Source: an uncultured Chloroflexia bacterium (GTDB lineage: Bacteria; Chloroflexota; Anaerolineae; CG2-30-64-16). Taken from it: a stretch of DNA of 64,000 bases. The notes beneath the pieces were generated by a model that was not told the DNA's origin, did not search any database, and saw nothing but the letters and a program-made list of their open reading frames with translations. Of this stretch, positions 22,904 to 32,726 are shown piece by piece (position 1 is the first letter of the stretch; each line of letters opens with the position of its first letter). The stretch covers positions 160,001 to 224,000 of the forward strand of contig CAVZDU010000002.1 of the NCBI GenBank assembly GCA_963774265.1. Reading direction: 5' to 3'. Position numbers and translations under genes: made by a program.

Positions 22904-23845
22904 ATGAGTGATAGTCCGTCCTCCTTTTTCCTGTTCTTGCGCAGGCGCCTCCTGGTGGCAGCGTTGACGCTTCTCGGCGTCGCCACCGTCGTCTTTGCGC
23001 TGGTGCGCCTGCTGCCCGGTGATCCAGCAGAGACGATGCTGGCGCGCGCGGGCGCAGGACCCGAGGCTGTGGCCGCGCTGCGGGTTGAGTTGGGCCTGGA
23101 CAGGCCCCTGTCGGAACAATACCTCACCTGGCTTGCCGCCACAGTGCGAGGCAACCTGGGCCAGAGCCTGCTCAACGACCGGCCAGTGACGGAGCTCATT
23201 GGCGAGCAGTGGCGCTCCACCGTCATCCTGGCGCTGGTTGCCTTCGCCTGGGCTGTCGTGCTCGGTGTCGGGCTAGGCGTGACTAGTGCGCTCTATCCCC
23301 GTCGCTGGCCTGATCGAATCGCCACCACGCTCGCCGTAGGCGGAGTGGCGGTGCCCGTATTCTGGTCGGGCCTGCTACTCATCTGGTTTCTCAGCATTGT
23401 CCTCGGCTGGCTGCCGCCACCCACCGGATCGCCGGCCAGTGCATTGTTGCCCGGCGTGGTCCTGGGCTATGCGGCAGCGGGCCCCATTGCACGCCTGACC
23501 CGCGCCAGCCTGCTCGACATCCTGGGGCAACCCTACATCACGGCTGCACGCGCCAAGGGGCTGACCTCTCGCCAGGTGCTGTGGGGCCATGCCGCGCGCA
23601 ATGCGGCCATCGCCGTGTTGACCATCGCTGCACTACAGCTAGGTTTCTTGCTTGGCGGTGCGGTCGTCACGGAGACCGTCTTCAACAGGCCCGGCCTCGG
23701 CCGCTTGTTGGTCGACGCCATCCTTTGGCGCGATTTACCCCTGGTGCAGGGTGTAACACTAGTTATCGCCACGGTCTATGTCGTCATCAACCTGATCGTC
23801 GACTTGCTGGCCGGCTGGCTTGACCCGCGCGTGGGGTGGCACTGA
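22904..23845 (+). CDS. ABC transporter permease (DppB-like)
   Basis: LLPGDP, LGLDRP, YITAARAKG, ETVFNRPGLG. Confidence 0.92.
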   Translation: MSDSPSSFFLFLRRRLLVAALTLLGVATVVFALVRLLPGDPAETMLARAGAGPEAVAALRVELGLDRPLSEQYLTWLAATVRGNLGQSLLNDRPVTELIGEQWRSTVILALVAFAWAVVLGVGLGVTSALYPRRWPDRIATTLAVGGVAVPVFWSGLLLIWFLSIVLGWLPPPTGSPASALLPGVVLGYAAAGPIARLTRASLLDILGQPYITAARAKGLTSRQVLWGHAARNAAIAVLTIAALQLGFLLGGAVVTETVFNRPGLGRLLVDAILWRDLPLVQGVTLVIATVYVVINLIVDLLAGWLDPRVGWH

Positions 23846-24655
23846 TGCCACCCCGCGCCAACAAAATAATCCCGCTACGACGGCGCGCTCGCGGTCCCGC
23901 TGATCATCGTGCTTGGTCTGGCCCTGGCCGTGCTACTCGCGCCAATTCTTGCTCCTTATGAGCCGGACCAAACCGATCTCACCTCACAGTTGCAGCCGCC
24001 ATCGGCTAATCATGGGCTGGGGACCGATTTCTACGGCCGTGACCTCTTGACCCGCTTGCTCTATGGCGGGCAGGCGACGTTGACAGTCGCGATCGGGGCG
24101 GTCATCCTCGCCGCGACTGCAGGCAGCGTGGCAGGTCTGCTGGCAGGCTCGACCCAGGGCTGGCCTGCACAAGTGTGGACAGGCATCTTCGACCTGATGC
24201 TGGCTTTCCCTGCACTGCTGCTGGCATTGATGGTCGTGGCGGTGCTCGGGCCGGGATTGCCTGCGCTTGGCCTGGCGGTCGGCATATCCAGCACCCCCGT
24301 TTACGCCCGTCTGGTCCGAAGCCTTACGTCCACCCTGCGCAGCGCACCCTTTGTGGAATCTGCGCGGGCGCTTGGCGGGGGTCCCCTCCACATTATCTTT
24401 CGTCACCTGGTCCGAAATGTTGCCCGGCCGGTCCTGGCGCTGACGACGCTGGACCTGGGCCGGGCAATCATCAGCGTCGCTGCTTTAGGTTATCTTGGAC
24501 TGGGCGCCTCACCCCCGCAAGCTGAATGGGGGTTGATGCTCTACGAGGGGCGCGGGTACATGACCAACGCCCCATGGGCCAGCCTCGTACCGGGCCTCGC
24601 CATCACGGCCACCGTTCTGGGAGTCACACTGCTTGGCGATGCATTGACGGAATAG
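23845..24655 (+). CDS. ABC transporter permease (DppC-like), possible frameshift near the 5' end
   Basis: LGTDFYGRD, FVESARALG, LGYLGLG..EWG. The coupled ATG at 23845 is out of frame with the body by one base. Confidence 0.85.
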
Positions 24656-24724
24656 CGCAACAAATTACGGCAAAGTGATTGAACCCTACGAACTGCGCTC
24701 GTCCCACCCGAAGTGACCGATAAT

Positions 24725-24752
24725 TTGACACATGTCCCCAAATCCGTATAAT
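24725..24752 (+). promoter_or_regulatory. Consensus sigma70 promoter of tRNA-Glu
   Basis: TTGACA-16-TATAAT. Confidence 0.8.
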
Positions 24753-24765
24753 GCCCTTCGTTCGT

Positions 24766-24841
24766 GGCGGATTCGTCTAGAGGCCCAGGATATCGCCCTC
24801 TCAAGGCGGAGACACGGGTTCGAATCCCGTATCCGCTACCA
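24766..24841 (+). tRNA. tRNA-Glu (CTC)
   Basis: Acceptor stem GGCGGAT/ATCCGCT, anticodon arm TCGCC-CT-CTC-AA-GGCGG, GGTTCGAATCC T-loop, encoded CCA. Confidence 0.97.
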
Positions 24842-24844
24842 CGC

Positions 24845-24884
24845 AAAGCCCCGGGGAGGTGGATTCCCCGGGGCGTTTTGTTTG
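24845..24884 (+). terminator. Intrinsic terminator after the tRNA
   Basis: GCCCCGGGGA...TCCCCGGGGC followed by GTTTTGTTT. Confidence 0.85.
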
Positions 24885-24930
24885 TCCGATGGCATTTTCT
24901 GAGTGATCGAGCAGCGCATTGCTTCCTTCA

Positions 24931-25941
24931 ATGATCAGCATCCAAAATCGAGATAACTTCTTCCGGGCCCATGGCCGTGCGCGGGTGCACGAGCTATTTG
25001 CACGGCTGGGCGGCAAACCAACATCGTTGCTGCCGTTCGAAGTGTTGGCGTCCATTCTCAAGGGCTACCAACAGGTGCCCCTGCCTGAGACAGAGATGGT
25101 CCCGCTGAACAAGATCGTCGGATCCGTTGGCCGCTACAATGACTTCACTCGCGATTTCCTGCCCAAGAACGTTGCTATGGGCGACCGGTGGGCGCGTGTC
25201 GAACAGGCGATGGAAAGCCTCGAAGGCACACCCCCCATTGAGGTCTATCGCATCGGCGACGTATATTTCGTGGCCGACGGAAACCACAGGGTCTCCGTGG
25301 CGCGAGCATCTGGCTTAGATGCGCTTGAGGCGCATGTGACCGAGATACCCAGCGCCATCGATCTGGAGCCGGGTGACACCCTGGATGTGGCCATTATGAA
25401 AGCCGAGCGTGCCCGTTTCCTGGCGGAGACAGGGCTCGCCGAACGAGTCCCGGTCGTCGACATGTACCTCACCCGACCAGGGGGTTTCATCAAACTGTTG
25501 GAACATGTTCATCTCCATCGGCGTTTACTCTCCCAAGAGCAGGAGAGCGAGGTCACCCTAGAGGATGCAGCGGAAGACTGGTATCATACTCGCTATCTAC
25601 CAATCATCGAAGCCATCCGGGATCGTCAGTTGTTGCGACGATTCCCTGACCGGACCGCGGCCGATTTGTATGTGTGGATCTGGAACTACATCGTTGAGAC
25701 CTACCGGCGTGTCGGAGAAAAGATTCCGCCTCAAGAGGCTGTGGCGGCGTTGGAAGCGGCCGCGCCTTCTCCGTTCCAGCAGGCTGTGCAAGGCCTGATG
25801 AACCGCATCACCGAAATCTCGCGGTCCATCGGTTCTGGCGGCGAACGCGTCCCTGACTGGGTCACGCAGACCCCCGAATGGGGCGACGGATCCCTAAGCG
25901 AATTGGCCGAATCAGTGAGGGAGACGCAAGTTGATGACTGA
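24931..25941 (+). CDS. ParB/Srx-like N-terminal domain + DUF4032-like protein
   Basis: IVGSVGRYNDFTRDFLP, PPIEVY..YFVADGNHRVSVAR, FPDRTAADLYVW; start uncertain. Confidence 0.75.
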   Translation: MISIQNRDNFFRAHGRARVHELFARLGGKPTSLLPFEVLASILKGYQQVPLPETEMVPLNKIVGSVGRYNDFTRDFLPKNVAMGDRWARVEQAMESLEGTPPIEVYRIGDVYFVADGNHRVSVARASGLDALEAHVTEIPSAIDLEPGDTLDVAIMKAERARFLAETGLAERVPVVDMYLTRPGGFIKLLEHVHLHRRLLSQEQESEVTLEDAAEDWYHTRYLPIIEAIRDRQLLRRFPDRTAADLYVWIWNYIVETYRRVGEKIPPQEAVAALEAAAPSPFQQAVQGLMNRITEISRSIGSGGERVPDWVTQTPEWGDGSLSELAESVRETQVDD

Positions 25942-26587
25942 GCCTATTGAGAAAGGCGCACCGCCGCAGGCCACGCGCATCCTGCTCATCCGCCACGGCG
26001 TTAATGACTACGTGAAGAAGGGACTGCTTGCTGGGCGGACGCCGGGGGTTCACTTGGACGAAGAAGGGCAGAAGCAAGCCTTCATGCTTGCCGAAAGGCT
26101 GGGCTGCGAAAAAATCGCCGCTATCTACAGCAGCCCAATCGAACGATGCCAGGAGACTGCCGGCCCTGTGTCTGCACGCCTGGGATTGCAACTCTGTACG
26201 CTTGACGACGTTCAAGAGACAGATTGCGGCGACTGGACCGGCCAGGCTCTCGAGGAACTGCGCAAGGCTGAGATATGGCAGCAGGTGCAGTACAGCCCAT
26301 CGACATTCCGCTTCCCCAACGGCGAGAGTATGTCAGAAATCCAGGCTCGCATGGTAGCGGTGTTGGAGCGACTGCACCGACAGCACACGAGTGAGACCAT
26401 CGTCGTGGTTTCGCACAGCGACCCTATCAAGCTGGCGGCGGCGTACTACCTGGGGATGGCGCTTGACTTATTCCAACGATTGGAGGTATCGCCAGCGTCG
26501 ATATCCGAGTTGGACTTCAGCCCGCTACGCGTGCGTCTGATCCGCTTGAACGACTGCGCACACATACCATCCGTATCTTGCGTTTAG
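25934..26587 (+). CDS. Histidine phosphatase (MSMEG_4193-like phosphomutase)
   Basis: LIRHG, LAGRTPGVHLD, SSPIERC, SHSDPIK. Confidence 0.88.
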   Translation: MTEPIEKGAPPQATRILLIRHGVNDYVKKGLLAGRTPGVHLDEEGQKQAFMLAERLGCEKIAAIYSSPIERCQETAGPVSARLGLQLCTLDDVQETDCGDWTGQALEELRKAEIWQQVQYSPSTFRFPNGESMSEIQARMVAVLERLHRQHTSETIVVVSHSDPIKLAAAYYLGMALDLFQRLEVSPASISELDFSPLRVRLIRLNDCAHIPSVSCV

Positions 26588-26606
26588 AGAGATTTCGATT
26601 AGATTA

Positions 26607-27215
26607 ATGTATATGACAGATTTACTCCCATCCTACGCCGCACTCCCCTATTACGAGGGGGATGACGTATATCCCGTTACCCGCATCACCGCAGGCGCGG
26701 TGGGTGTGTTTGGCCGCCGTACTTTTGTCCTGCAAGCCTTCTTTGGCTCCGAGCCATTCTGCTGGGTAATCGAGAAGGATCAGGCAATGGCGCTCAGCAA
26801 GGCGATCCCGGAGCTTCTGGATGACGTACGAATCGAGTTCCCCGAGTTGGGCGAACCATTGGTGGCAGCTGCGCCCAATCTCACCCTGGTCGAACCTTTG
26901 CAGCCGCTCTTCCGAGTCGGCAGCATCGGCGTGGAGTATGATCGATTGCATGATCTGGTGATCTTCACCTTGGTGGACGCCGACACAATGACCGGCGAGG
27001 GCGAGGAAGAACTGATCGATGCCGACGCTGAGCCACCCGAACATCAAATATACACAACGCGTGGTCAGGCTAAACTACTGGGTGAACAGGCTGAGAAGAC
27101 CGTGGTGGCAGGACGCCTCCTGTGCCCGAGTTGCAGCATGCCGATCGACGAATTCGGCCACTTCTGCCCGCCGGCCAACCCACGGACCCGCCGCGGCGGA
27201 GAAATCGTGCATTGA
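26607..27215 (+). CDS. DUF3090 family protein
   Basis: ITAGAVG..GRRTFVLQ, IEKDQ, AGR..CPSC..PID..GHFCP. Confidence 0.82.
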   Translation: MYMTDLLPSYAALPYYEGDDVYPVTRITAGAVGVFGRRTFVLQAFFGSEPFCWVIEKDQAMALSKAIPELLDDVRIEFPELGEPLVAAAPNLTLVEPLQPLFRVGSIGVEYDRLHDLVIFTLVDADTMTGEGEEELIDADAEPPEHQIYTTRGQAKLLGEQAEKTVVAGRLLCPSCSMPIDEFGHFCPPANPRTRRGGEIVH

Positions 27216-27217
27216 TC

Positions 27218-27997
27218 ATGGCGCGCCGGCAACGCCCTGATTGCATTGTACCCTGGGCGACAAGTGATACGGAGACTGATACTCTGCTCGATCTGCTTGG
27301 CAAGGGAAAGCTTGTGCTGGCCGGCTTGATGCCGTGGAGTTCTAACTACACCTTCCTAGGCACGGTGTCGGACACATCAGGAACCCATTTGCAGATCATT
27401 TATAAACCCATCCGTGGCGAACGACCCCTCTGGGACTTCCCCCGCGGCAGCCTGGCCAAGCGTGAGGTGGCTGCTTACGTCGTGTGCCGCGGCCTGGGCT
27501 GGGATTTCGTCCCGCCTACCGTCCTTCGCGGTGGACCGCATGGCCGGGGTTCACTTCAGCTATATGTCGAGTGCGACCCGGACGCACACTTCTTCACCAT
27601 TCGCGAGGACCCGGCTTTCAGACACAGCCTGCAGGCGCTGGCCCTCTTCGACATCATTACGAACAACGCGGACCGCAAAGGTGGCCACTGTCTCCGCGCC
27701 GGCGACTCCTGTGTTGTGGCAATCGACCAGGGACTGTGCTTCCATGTTGAACCCAAGCTGCGCACTGTGATCTGGGATTTCGCCGCCGAGCCTATTCCCC
27801 CTGATCTGCTTGATGACCTACGCACGCTCCAAGAGGATCTGCAGCGTCCGGAAAACGAAACACTCGCGCAACTCCGGGAGTTACTGTACGACGGTGAGAT
27901 CAAGGCGCTGCGAGAGCGCCTTGACATATTGCTCGATGCCGGATGCTTCCCCGCCCCCCCTGAAGATCGCCGCCCCTATCCCTGGCCCCTGGTTTAG
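27218..27997 (+). CDS. SCO1664 family PI3/4-kinase-like protein
   Basis: SSNYTF, YKPIRGERPLWDFP, REVAAY, NNADRKGGH, IDQG, PWP. Confidence 0.88.
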   Translation: MARRQRPDCIVPWATSDTETDTLLDLLGKGKLVLAGLMPWSSNYTFLGTVSDTSGTHLQIIYKPIRGERPLWDFPRGSLAKREVAAYVVCRGLGWDFVPPTVLRGGPHGRGSLQLYVECDPDAHFFTIREDPAFRHSLQALALFDIITNNADRKGGHCLRAGDSCVVAIDQGLCFHVEPKLRTVIWDFAAEPIPPDLLDDLRTLQEDLQRPENETLAQLRELLYDGEIKALRERLDILLDAGCFPAPPEDRRPYPWPLV

Positions 27998-28022
27998 CTG
28001 CGCGCCCACCCGAATCGGATTA

Positions 28023-28481
28023 TCATTCGTCTCCGTGCACCCGGCCACGCGTCTGCTTTCGCTGCGACCGCACGCGCTTTTCCGCCAGTCGCGCTTCACG
28101 AGCAGCTTTGGAAGGCTTAGTCGCTACGCGGTGCTTGCGTTGGCGTAATGCGTTCGCTAGTAAGGCTTGAAATCGCTTCACCGCCTGTTCGCGATTCTCA
28201 AGTTGGCTCCGCGTCGTCGCACTGACTACACGCAAGACCCCATGTCCGTCGATTTGACCGCCCAGACGCGCCAATATGCGCGCCCGCTGCTCTTCACTGA
28301 GAGATGGCGAGTTTGCGACATCGAACAGCAACTCCACGCGCGTATCGCTGCGCTGTACATGCTGCCCGCCAGGACCGCTGGAGCGGCTGAAACGAAAAGA
28401 CAGCTCACTCTCAAGGATCGCGAGTTGCCCATTAATCACCACCGTGGTCCGCAGATCGTCCGTCTCAGCCAGCTCATCCAC
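28023..28481 (-). CDS. arfB: Alternative ribosome rescue peptidyl-tRNA hydrolase
   Basis: FSRSSGPGGQHV, RSQLENR, basic tail TKPSK..RLAEKR; start uncertain. Confidence 0.92.
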   Translation of the reverse strand: MDELAETDDLRTTVVINGQLAILESELSFRFSRSSGPGGQHVQRSDTRVELLFDVANSPSLSEEQRARILARLGGQIDGHGVLRVVSATTRSQLENREQAVKRFQALLANALRQRKHRVATKPSKAAREARLAEKRVRSQRKQTRGRVHGDE

Positions 28482-28580
28482 GATATTCGCCTCAAAGCAC
28501 ATTTTTGAGATCGCACGCGCGAACAGACGCCCGGGCCAGTATTGTCCGGGCGTCTGTTACCCCTCAACGCGGCGCGCCGC

Positions 28581-29309
28581 CTACAGCTTCGTGGCGCTGA
28601 AGCAGAGCTCCGCTACACCCGCTTGCTCGAAGAATTCAATAGTCCAAGTGTGCCAGCCGGCGGGGATCCACACATCCACGAAGAAGCCGCGCACTGCCTG
28701 CTCGCGCCATTCGTTCAGCACCAAAGCCCCGTCGACATAGACCCGCACGCCGTCATCCGTCCTCACCGCAACGCGGTACGTTCCGCCAACCGCGTTCGAG
28801 ACCGTCGTCCAGCGTGCAGAGAAGTAGTCCGGCGTGACCTGTGGCGCGGGCGAGCCCCAGCCCCAGTTGTAGCACGGCCGGCCTTCGGGCCGATTCAGGA
28901 CCACCGGTCCGGACAGATCCATGCTGTTATAGTAGGTCGCATTCCAGGCCCCATAGGGGGGTTTAGGCCATGGCTGGGGGTGCGGCTGCGGGTGTGGACC
29001 CGGTTGTGGGTGCGGCTGTGGACACGCACGGTAGATCACCAGTGTCTGTCCCACATAGATGCGGTCGACGTTCCAGATGTTGTTCCACCGCTGAAGCTGG
29101 GCCACGGTCACGCCGTAGCGATAGGCAATCCGGGTAAGATTGTCACCTCGCGCCACGCGGTGGTACACAGAACAGGTCGTCGCCCCCTGACTAGTGCTCG
29201 CAGCGCTCGAAGACGCCGGGGCAGCCCCCGCCGCAGGGACGAGCACAGCGGTCAGCAAGAGGATGACGACCATGAGGGCGCCAAACCGGCGCATCGAGGG
29301 TGTGGACAT
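28581..29309 (-). CDS. Secreted LysM + PA14 domain protein
   Basis: Signal peptide, HRVARGDNLTRIAYRYGVT, PQPH-repeat linker, FSARW...TDDGVRVYVDG. Confidence 0.85.
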   Translation of the reverse strand: MSTPSMRRFGALMVVILLLTAVLVPAAGAAPASSSAASTSQGATTCSVYHRVARGDNLTRIAYRYGVTVAQLQRWNNIWNVDRIYVGQTLVIYRACPQPHPQPGPHPQPHPQPWPKPPYGAWNATYYNSMDLSGPVVLNRPEGRPCYNWGWGSPAPQVTPDYFSARWTTVSNAVGGTYRVAVRTDDGVRVYVDGALVLNEWREQAVRGFFVDVWIPAGWHTWTIEFFEQAGVAELCFSATKL

Positions 29310-29629
29310 TGTGCGCTCCTTTCGCCTGACTTCTTACTAATAAAGACGTTGCCGCTGACAGGACGTTCCCATCCTTTTGGGCCTTTGACAGGCCCCCGTC
29401 GCGTATGCTATTATACGCGCATGTTACGGATTTTTCTACCACTAACTCTAACCTATTATTATGCGGGGGGCAACTGCCCCCATTCCGCCTGACACACGGG
29501 CGACACGCCGGTTCAGCACCTGTGGTGCCTTCCCGCAGCGTGGCGTTTGCCACGCTGTTTCGTTTGCGTGAGACTCTCGCGTAATACTTATCGACAATTA
29601 TACAACACTTTCTTTTGGAGCGCAAGAGG

Positions 29630-30861
29630 ATGAATGCCCCAAAATCAGTTCATGAGCAACTTGCGATCCTGATGCGCGGGGTCGAATTCGGCGACGAGAC
29701 GACCCGTGTCAATATGGAAAACGAACTGCGCCAGCGGCTGACAGAGTCGGTACGCGACAGCAAGCCCCTGCGCGTCTACTGCGGCTTCGACCCAACCAAA
29801 CCCGACCTGCACCTGGGTCACACTGTGCCCATGCGCAAGCTGGCGCAGTTTCAGGAACTAGGGCATGAAGTTATCTTCCTGATTGGCACCTTCACCTCGT
29901 TGATCGGCGACCCAAGCGACAAGACCACCGCGCGCCGCCAGCAGACCGAGGAAGAGGCGCGCGATCACGCCAAGACATACGACCGACCAGGCATGGAACA
30001 TCCTGGACCCTGAGAAGACCCTGGTCATGTACAACGGCGACTGGTTGTCGAAACTGACCTTCACCGACATCATCGGCTTGGCTTCCAACTTCACGGTGCA
30101 GCAATTCCTGGTGCGCGAGAACTTCGCTCTGCGCTTCGAGAAGGGCGAACCGATCTGGCTGCACGAGTTCATGTACGCCCTGATGCAGGGATACGATGCG
30201 GTCGCCATGAAGACGGATATCCAGATCGGCGGCACAGATCAGCTCTTCAACCTGATCGCCGGTCGCAAGCTGATGGAGTCGTTCGGGCTGCGACCCCAGA
30301 CCATTCTCACCTTCCCAATCCTGGTCGGCACGGATGGCGTACTGCGTATGACCAAAAGCACAGGCAACCACATCGGCATCAGCGAGGCGCCCGAGGTGAT
30401 GTTCGGCAAAGTGATGAGCATCCCAGACAACGCCATGCGCAACTACGCGGACCTGGTGACTCGCTGGTCGCCGGATGAAATCCGCGAGAAGTTCGCCGCG
30501 TTAGAACGGGGCGAACTGCACCCGCGCGACCTGAAGATGCAGCTGGCATTTGAGATCGTCGATATCTTCCAGGGTCCCGCGGCTGCCGAGACAGCGCAGG
30601 AACACTTCCGCAAGGTCTTCCAGCAGCGGGAGCTGCCGTCCGAGATGCCCGAGTTGCGGCTTCTACAACCCATCAGCTTGCTCGACTTGCTCACCAATGC
30701 CGGCCTGGCGCCCATCCAAGAGCGAGGGGCGGCGCCTGGTGCAGCAGGGCGGCGTCAAGCTCGACGGCGAGCGCGTCGAAGACTTCAACGTGACCATAAC
30801 TCCCGCGGGCGAGCATGTGCTCCAGGTGGGGCGCCGCAAGTTCTTGAAGCTCATTGCGTGA
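29630..30861 (+). CDS. tyrS: Tyrosine--tRNA ligase with two apparent +1 frameshifts (~29981, ~30712)
   Basis: [26 protein letters not shown], and an S4 domain ([22 protein letters not shown]) spread over three frames. Confidence 0.9.
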
Positions 30862-30887
30862 CAACCTCACGAGATAAAGGAGTCAGA

Positions 30888-31781
30888 GTGTCACCATCTT
30901 TCCACGGTCTGCGTACACGCAGCCTCACCAACGGCCGGCTCAATCTCGAATACCTCGATGAAGCTGGCCCGCGCATCGTCCATCTTTCGCGTGCCGGTAC
31001 AGACGAGAACCTTATGGCCGAAGTCCCCGACATAGGCATCCCAACCGCCTACGGCACGTTTCGGCTCTACGGGGGGCACCGACTGTGGCACTCTCCGGAG
31101 GCAATGCCGCGCTCGTACGTGCCCGACGACGGGGGCTGCATCGCTGAGCTGATCCCCGATGGCGTGCTGTTATCAGGACCCGTCGAGACCCCGACGGGCA
31201 TCAAAAAAAGCCTCCGGGTCCAATTGGCGCCCGACCGTGCCGCGGTCACCGTCACACACCGGCTGGAAAACTGCGGTTCCTGGCCGGTGGAGCTCGCTCC
31301 GTGGGCGATAACCCAACTTCGACTGGGCGGCGTGGCCATCTTCCCACAAACGCAAGGCAAGCTCGACGGGCCCGGCCTGCTGCCCAACCGCAACCTGGTG
31401 CTGTGGCCCTACACTCGTCTTGCTGACCCGCGGCTCAGCCTTAACGACGACCTCTGCCTGCTTCATGCTGATCCGGACGCACATCCGGTCAAGATTGGTT
31501 ACCTTAACCGTGCAGGCTGGGCGGCGTATCTGACCGGCGGAGTGCTCTTCGTGAAGCGCTGGACGCCTCAGCCCGAGGCCGAGCACGTCGATTTCGGCTG
31601 CAACTGCGAGAGCTACTGCAACGACCGGTTCATCGAGGTCGAGACCGTGGGCCCACTCGCATCTTTGGCCCCTGGCGAAACGGCAACGCACATGGAAGAG
31701 TGGGAACTACTCAGCACTGAAGGCATCGCGCCGACGCTGGACGGAGTGCGTGAGTTGGTGACGCAGCTTGGCCTCATGTAG
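30888..31781 (+). CDS. DUF4380-like (mutarotase-fold) protein
   Basis: AAGGAG RBS + GTG 30888; [29 protein letters not shown]. Confidence 0.7.
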   Translation: MSPSFHGLRTRSLTNGRLNLEYLDEAGPRIVHLSRAGTDENLMAEVPDIGIPTAYGTFRLYGGHRLWHSPEAMPRSYVPDDGGCIAELIPDGVLLSGPVETPTGIKKSLRVQLAPDRAAVTVTHRLENCGSWPVELAPWAITQLRLGGVAIFPQTQGKLDGPGLLPNRNLVLWPYTRLADPRLSLNDDLCLLHADPDAHPVKIGYLNRAGWAAYLTGGVLFVKRWTPQPEAEHVDFGCNCESYCNDRFIEVETVGPLASLAPGETATHMEEWELLSTEGIAPTLDGVRELVTQLGLM

Positions 31782-31821
31782 AGCTCATACAGGCTAGACC
31801 CCCGACACGCGCGGGCATGCA

Positions 31822-31870
31822 GAGACACGGAGTCGCGGCGAGCAGACGGCTTTCCACAACTCCGTGTCTC
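31822..31870. repeat. 12-bp inverted repeat
   Basis: GAGACACGGAGT ... ACTCCGTGTCTC. Confidence 0.6.
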
Positions 31871-31874
31871 CCTC

Positions 31875-31941
31875 TTGACAATTCCCTCTCTGCGTAGTAT
31901 TATCGCAATCAATCGTAAATATTCGAAACTCATCGGAGCAA
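31875..31941 (+). promoter_or_regulatory. Promoter and putative DeoR-family operator array
   Basis: TTGACA-17-TATTAT, then four 10-bp-phased repeats ATCGCAATCA/ATCGTAAATA/TTCGAAACTC/ATCGGAGCAA. Confidence 0.6.
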
Positions 31942-31942
31942 T

Positions 31943-32713
31943 ATGAAAGATCTGTCCGTCGCCGAGCGGCGACAGGGCATCCTCAACCGGGTCTCCGAAA
32001 CCGGTCGCGTCTCCGTCGCTGACCTCAGCCAGGCGTTCGGCCTCTCCGAGGTCACGATTCGGGCCGATCTCCAGGCCCTTGCAGAGAGCAATCTGCTCCT
32101 GCGCACACACGGCGGCGCGATCGCACTCAATTCCGGCTCCCAGTACCTCTCACTCAACCTTCGACGTCTGCAGCAAACACAGGAGAAGGCCCACATCGGT
32201 GCAGCGGCGGCGGCACTTATCCAAGACGGCGACGCCGTCTTCCTCGACTCGTCCAGCACCGCCCTTGCCATCGCCCAATGTCTGGCAGATCGCCGCTACC
32301 TCACTGTCGTCACCAATGGCCTGGTCATCGCACAGGAGCTGCTCGCCGCGCCAGGCGTCTCGGTAATCGTGGTCGGCGGAGCGCTGCGTCGCGACACCGC
32401 CTCGCTCCTCGGCGTGGACGGCCTGGACATACTCAAACACGTCAATCTCAGCAAGGGCTTCTTCGGCAGCCATGGCATCTCCGCCGAAGAGGGTCTGACC
32501 GACGTCAGCGCGGATGAGGCCGAACTGAAGCGGCTGGTCGTGCAAATGGTCCGCGAGGTAGTCGCAGTCGTCGACCGGACCAAGTGGGGCCGCGTCGGTG
32601 TGGCATCGTTCGCGGCCGCTCGCGAAATCGACAAAGTAATCACCGACCGCGACGCGCCAAGCGACCTGGTCGAGCAACTCCGCGCCACGGGCGCGGACGT
32701 CATATTGGTTTAA
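31943..32713 (+). CDS. DeoR/GlpR transcriptional regulator
   Basis: SEVTIRADL..RTHGGA, FLDSSST, VVTNG. Confidence 0.93.
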   Translation: MKDLSVAERRQGILNRVSETGRVSVADLSQAFGLSEVTIRADLQALAESNLLLRTHGGAIALNSGSQYLSLNLRRLQQTQEKAHIGAAAAALIQDGDAVFLDSSSTALAIAQCLADRRYLTVVTNGLVIAQELLAAPGVSVIVVGGALRRDTASLLGVDGLDILKHVNLSKGFFGSHGISAEEGLTDVSADEAELKRLVVQMVREVVAVVDRTKWGRVGVASFAAAREIDKVITDRDAPSDLVEQLRATGADVILV

Positions 32714-32726
32714 TCGGAGGCTCTTT

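Noticed and set aside
21239-24655. ABC transporter lacking ATPase genes as a novel system
   Set aside because: Orphan SBP-permease sets that share ATPases encoded elsewhere are common.
24889-24930. In-frame TGA upstream of the ParB-like gene as a possible recoding site
   Set aside because: The upstream ATG has no RBS, no SECIS-like hairpin is evident, and a downstream start explains the gene.
24766-28000. Genomic island integrated at tRNA-Glu
   Set aside because: No integrase, no duplicated tRNA 3' end seen, and the tRNA terminator is intact.
28960-29025. Tandem repeat in the LysM-PA14 gene
   Set aside because: It encodes an ordinary PQPH Pro-rich interdomain linker.
30027-31781. Apparent TyrS-DUF4380 fusion (584-aa ORF)
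   Set aside because: Produced by the +1 shift at ~30712. The TyrS S4 domain ends at 30861 in another frame, and the downstream gene has its own AAGGAG and GTG at 30888.
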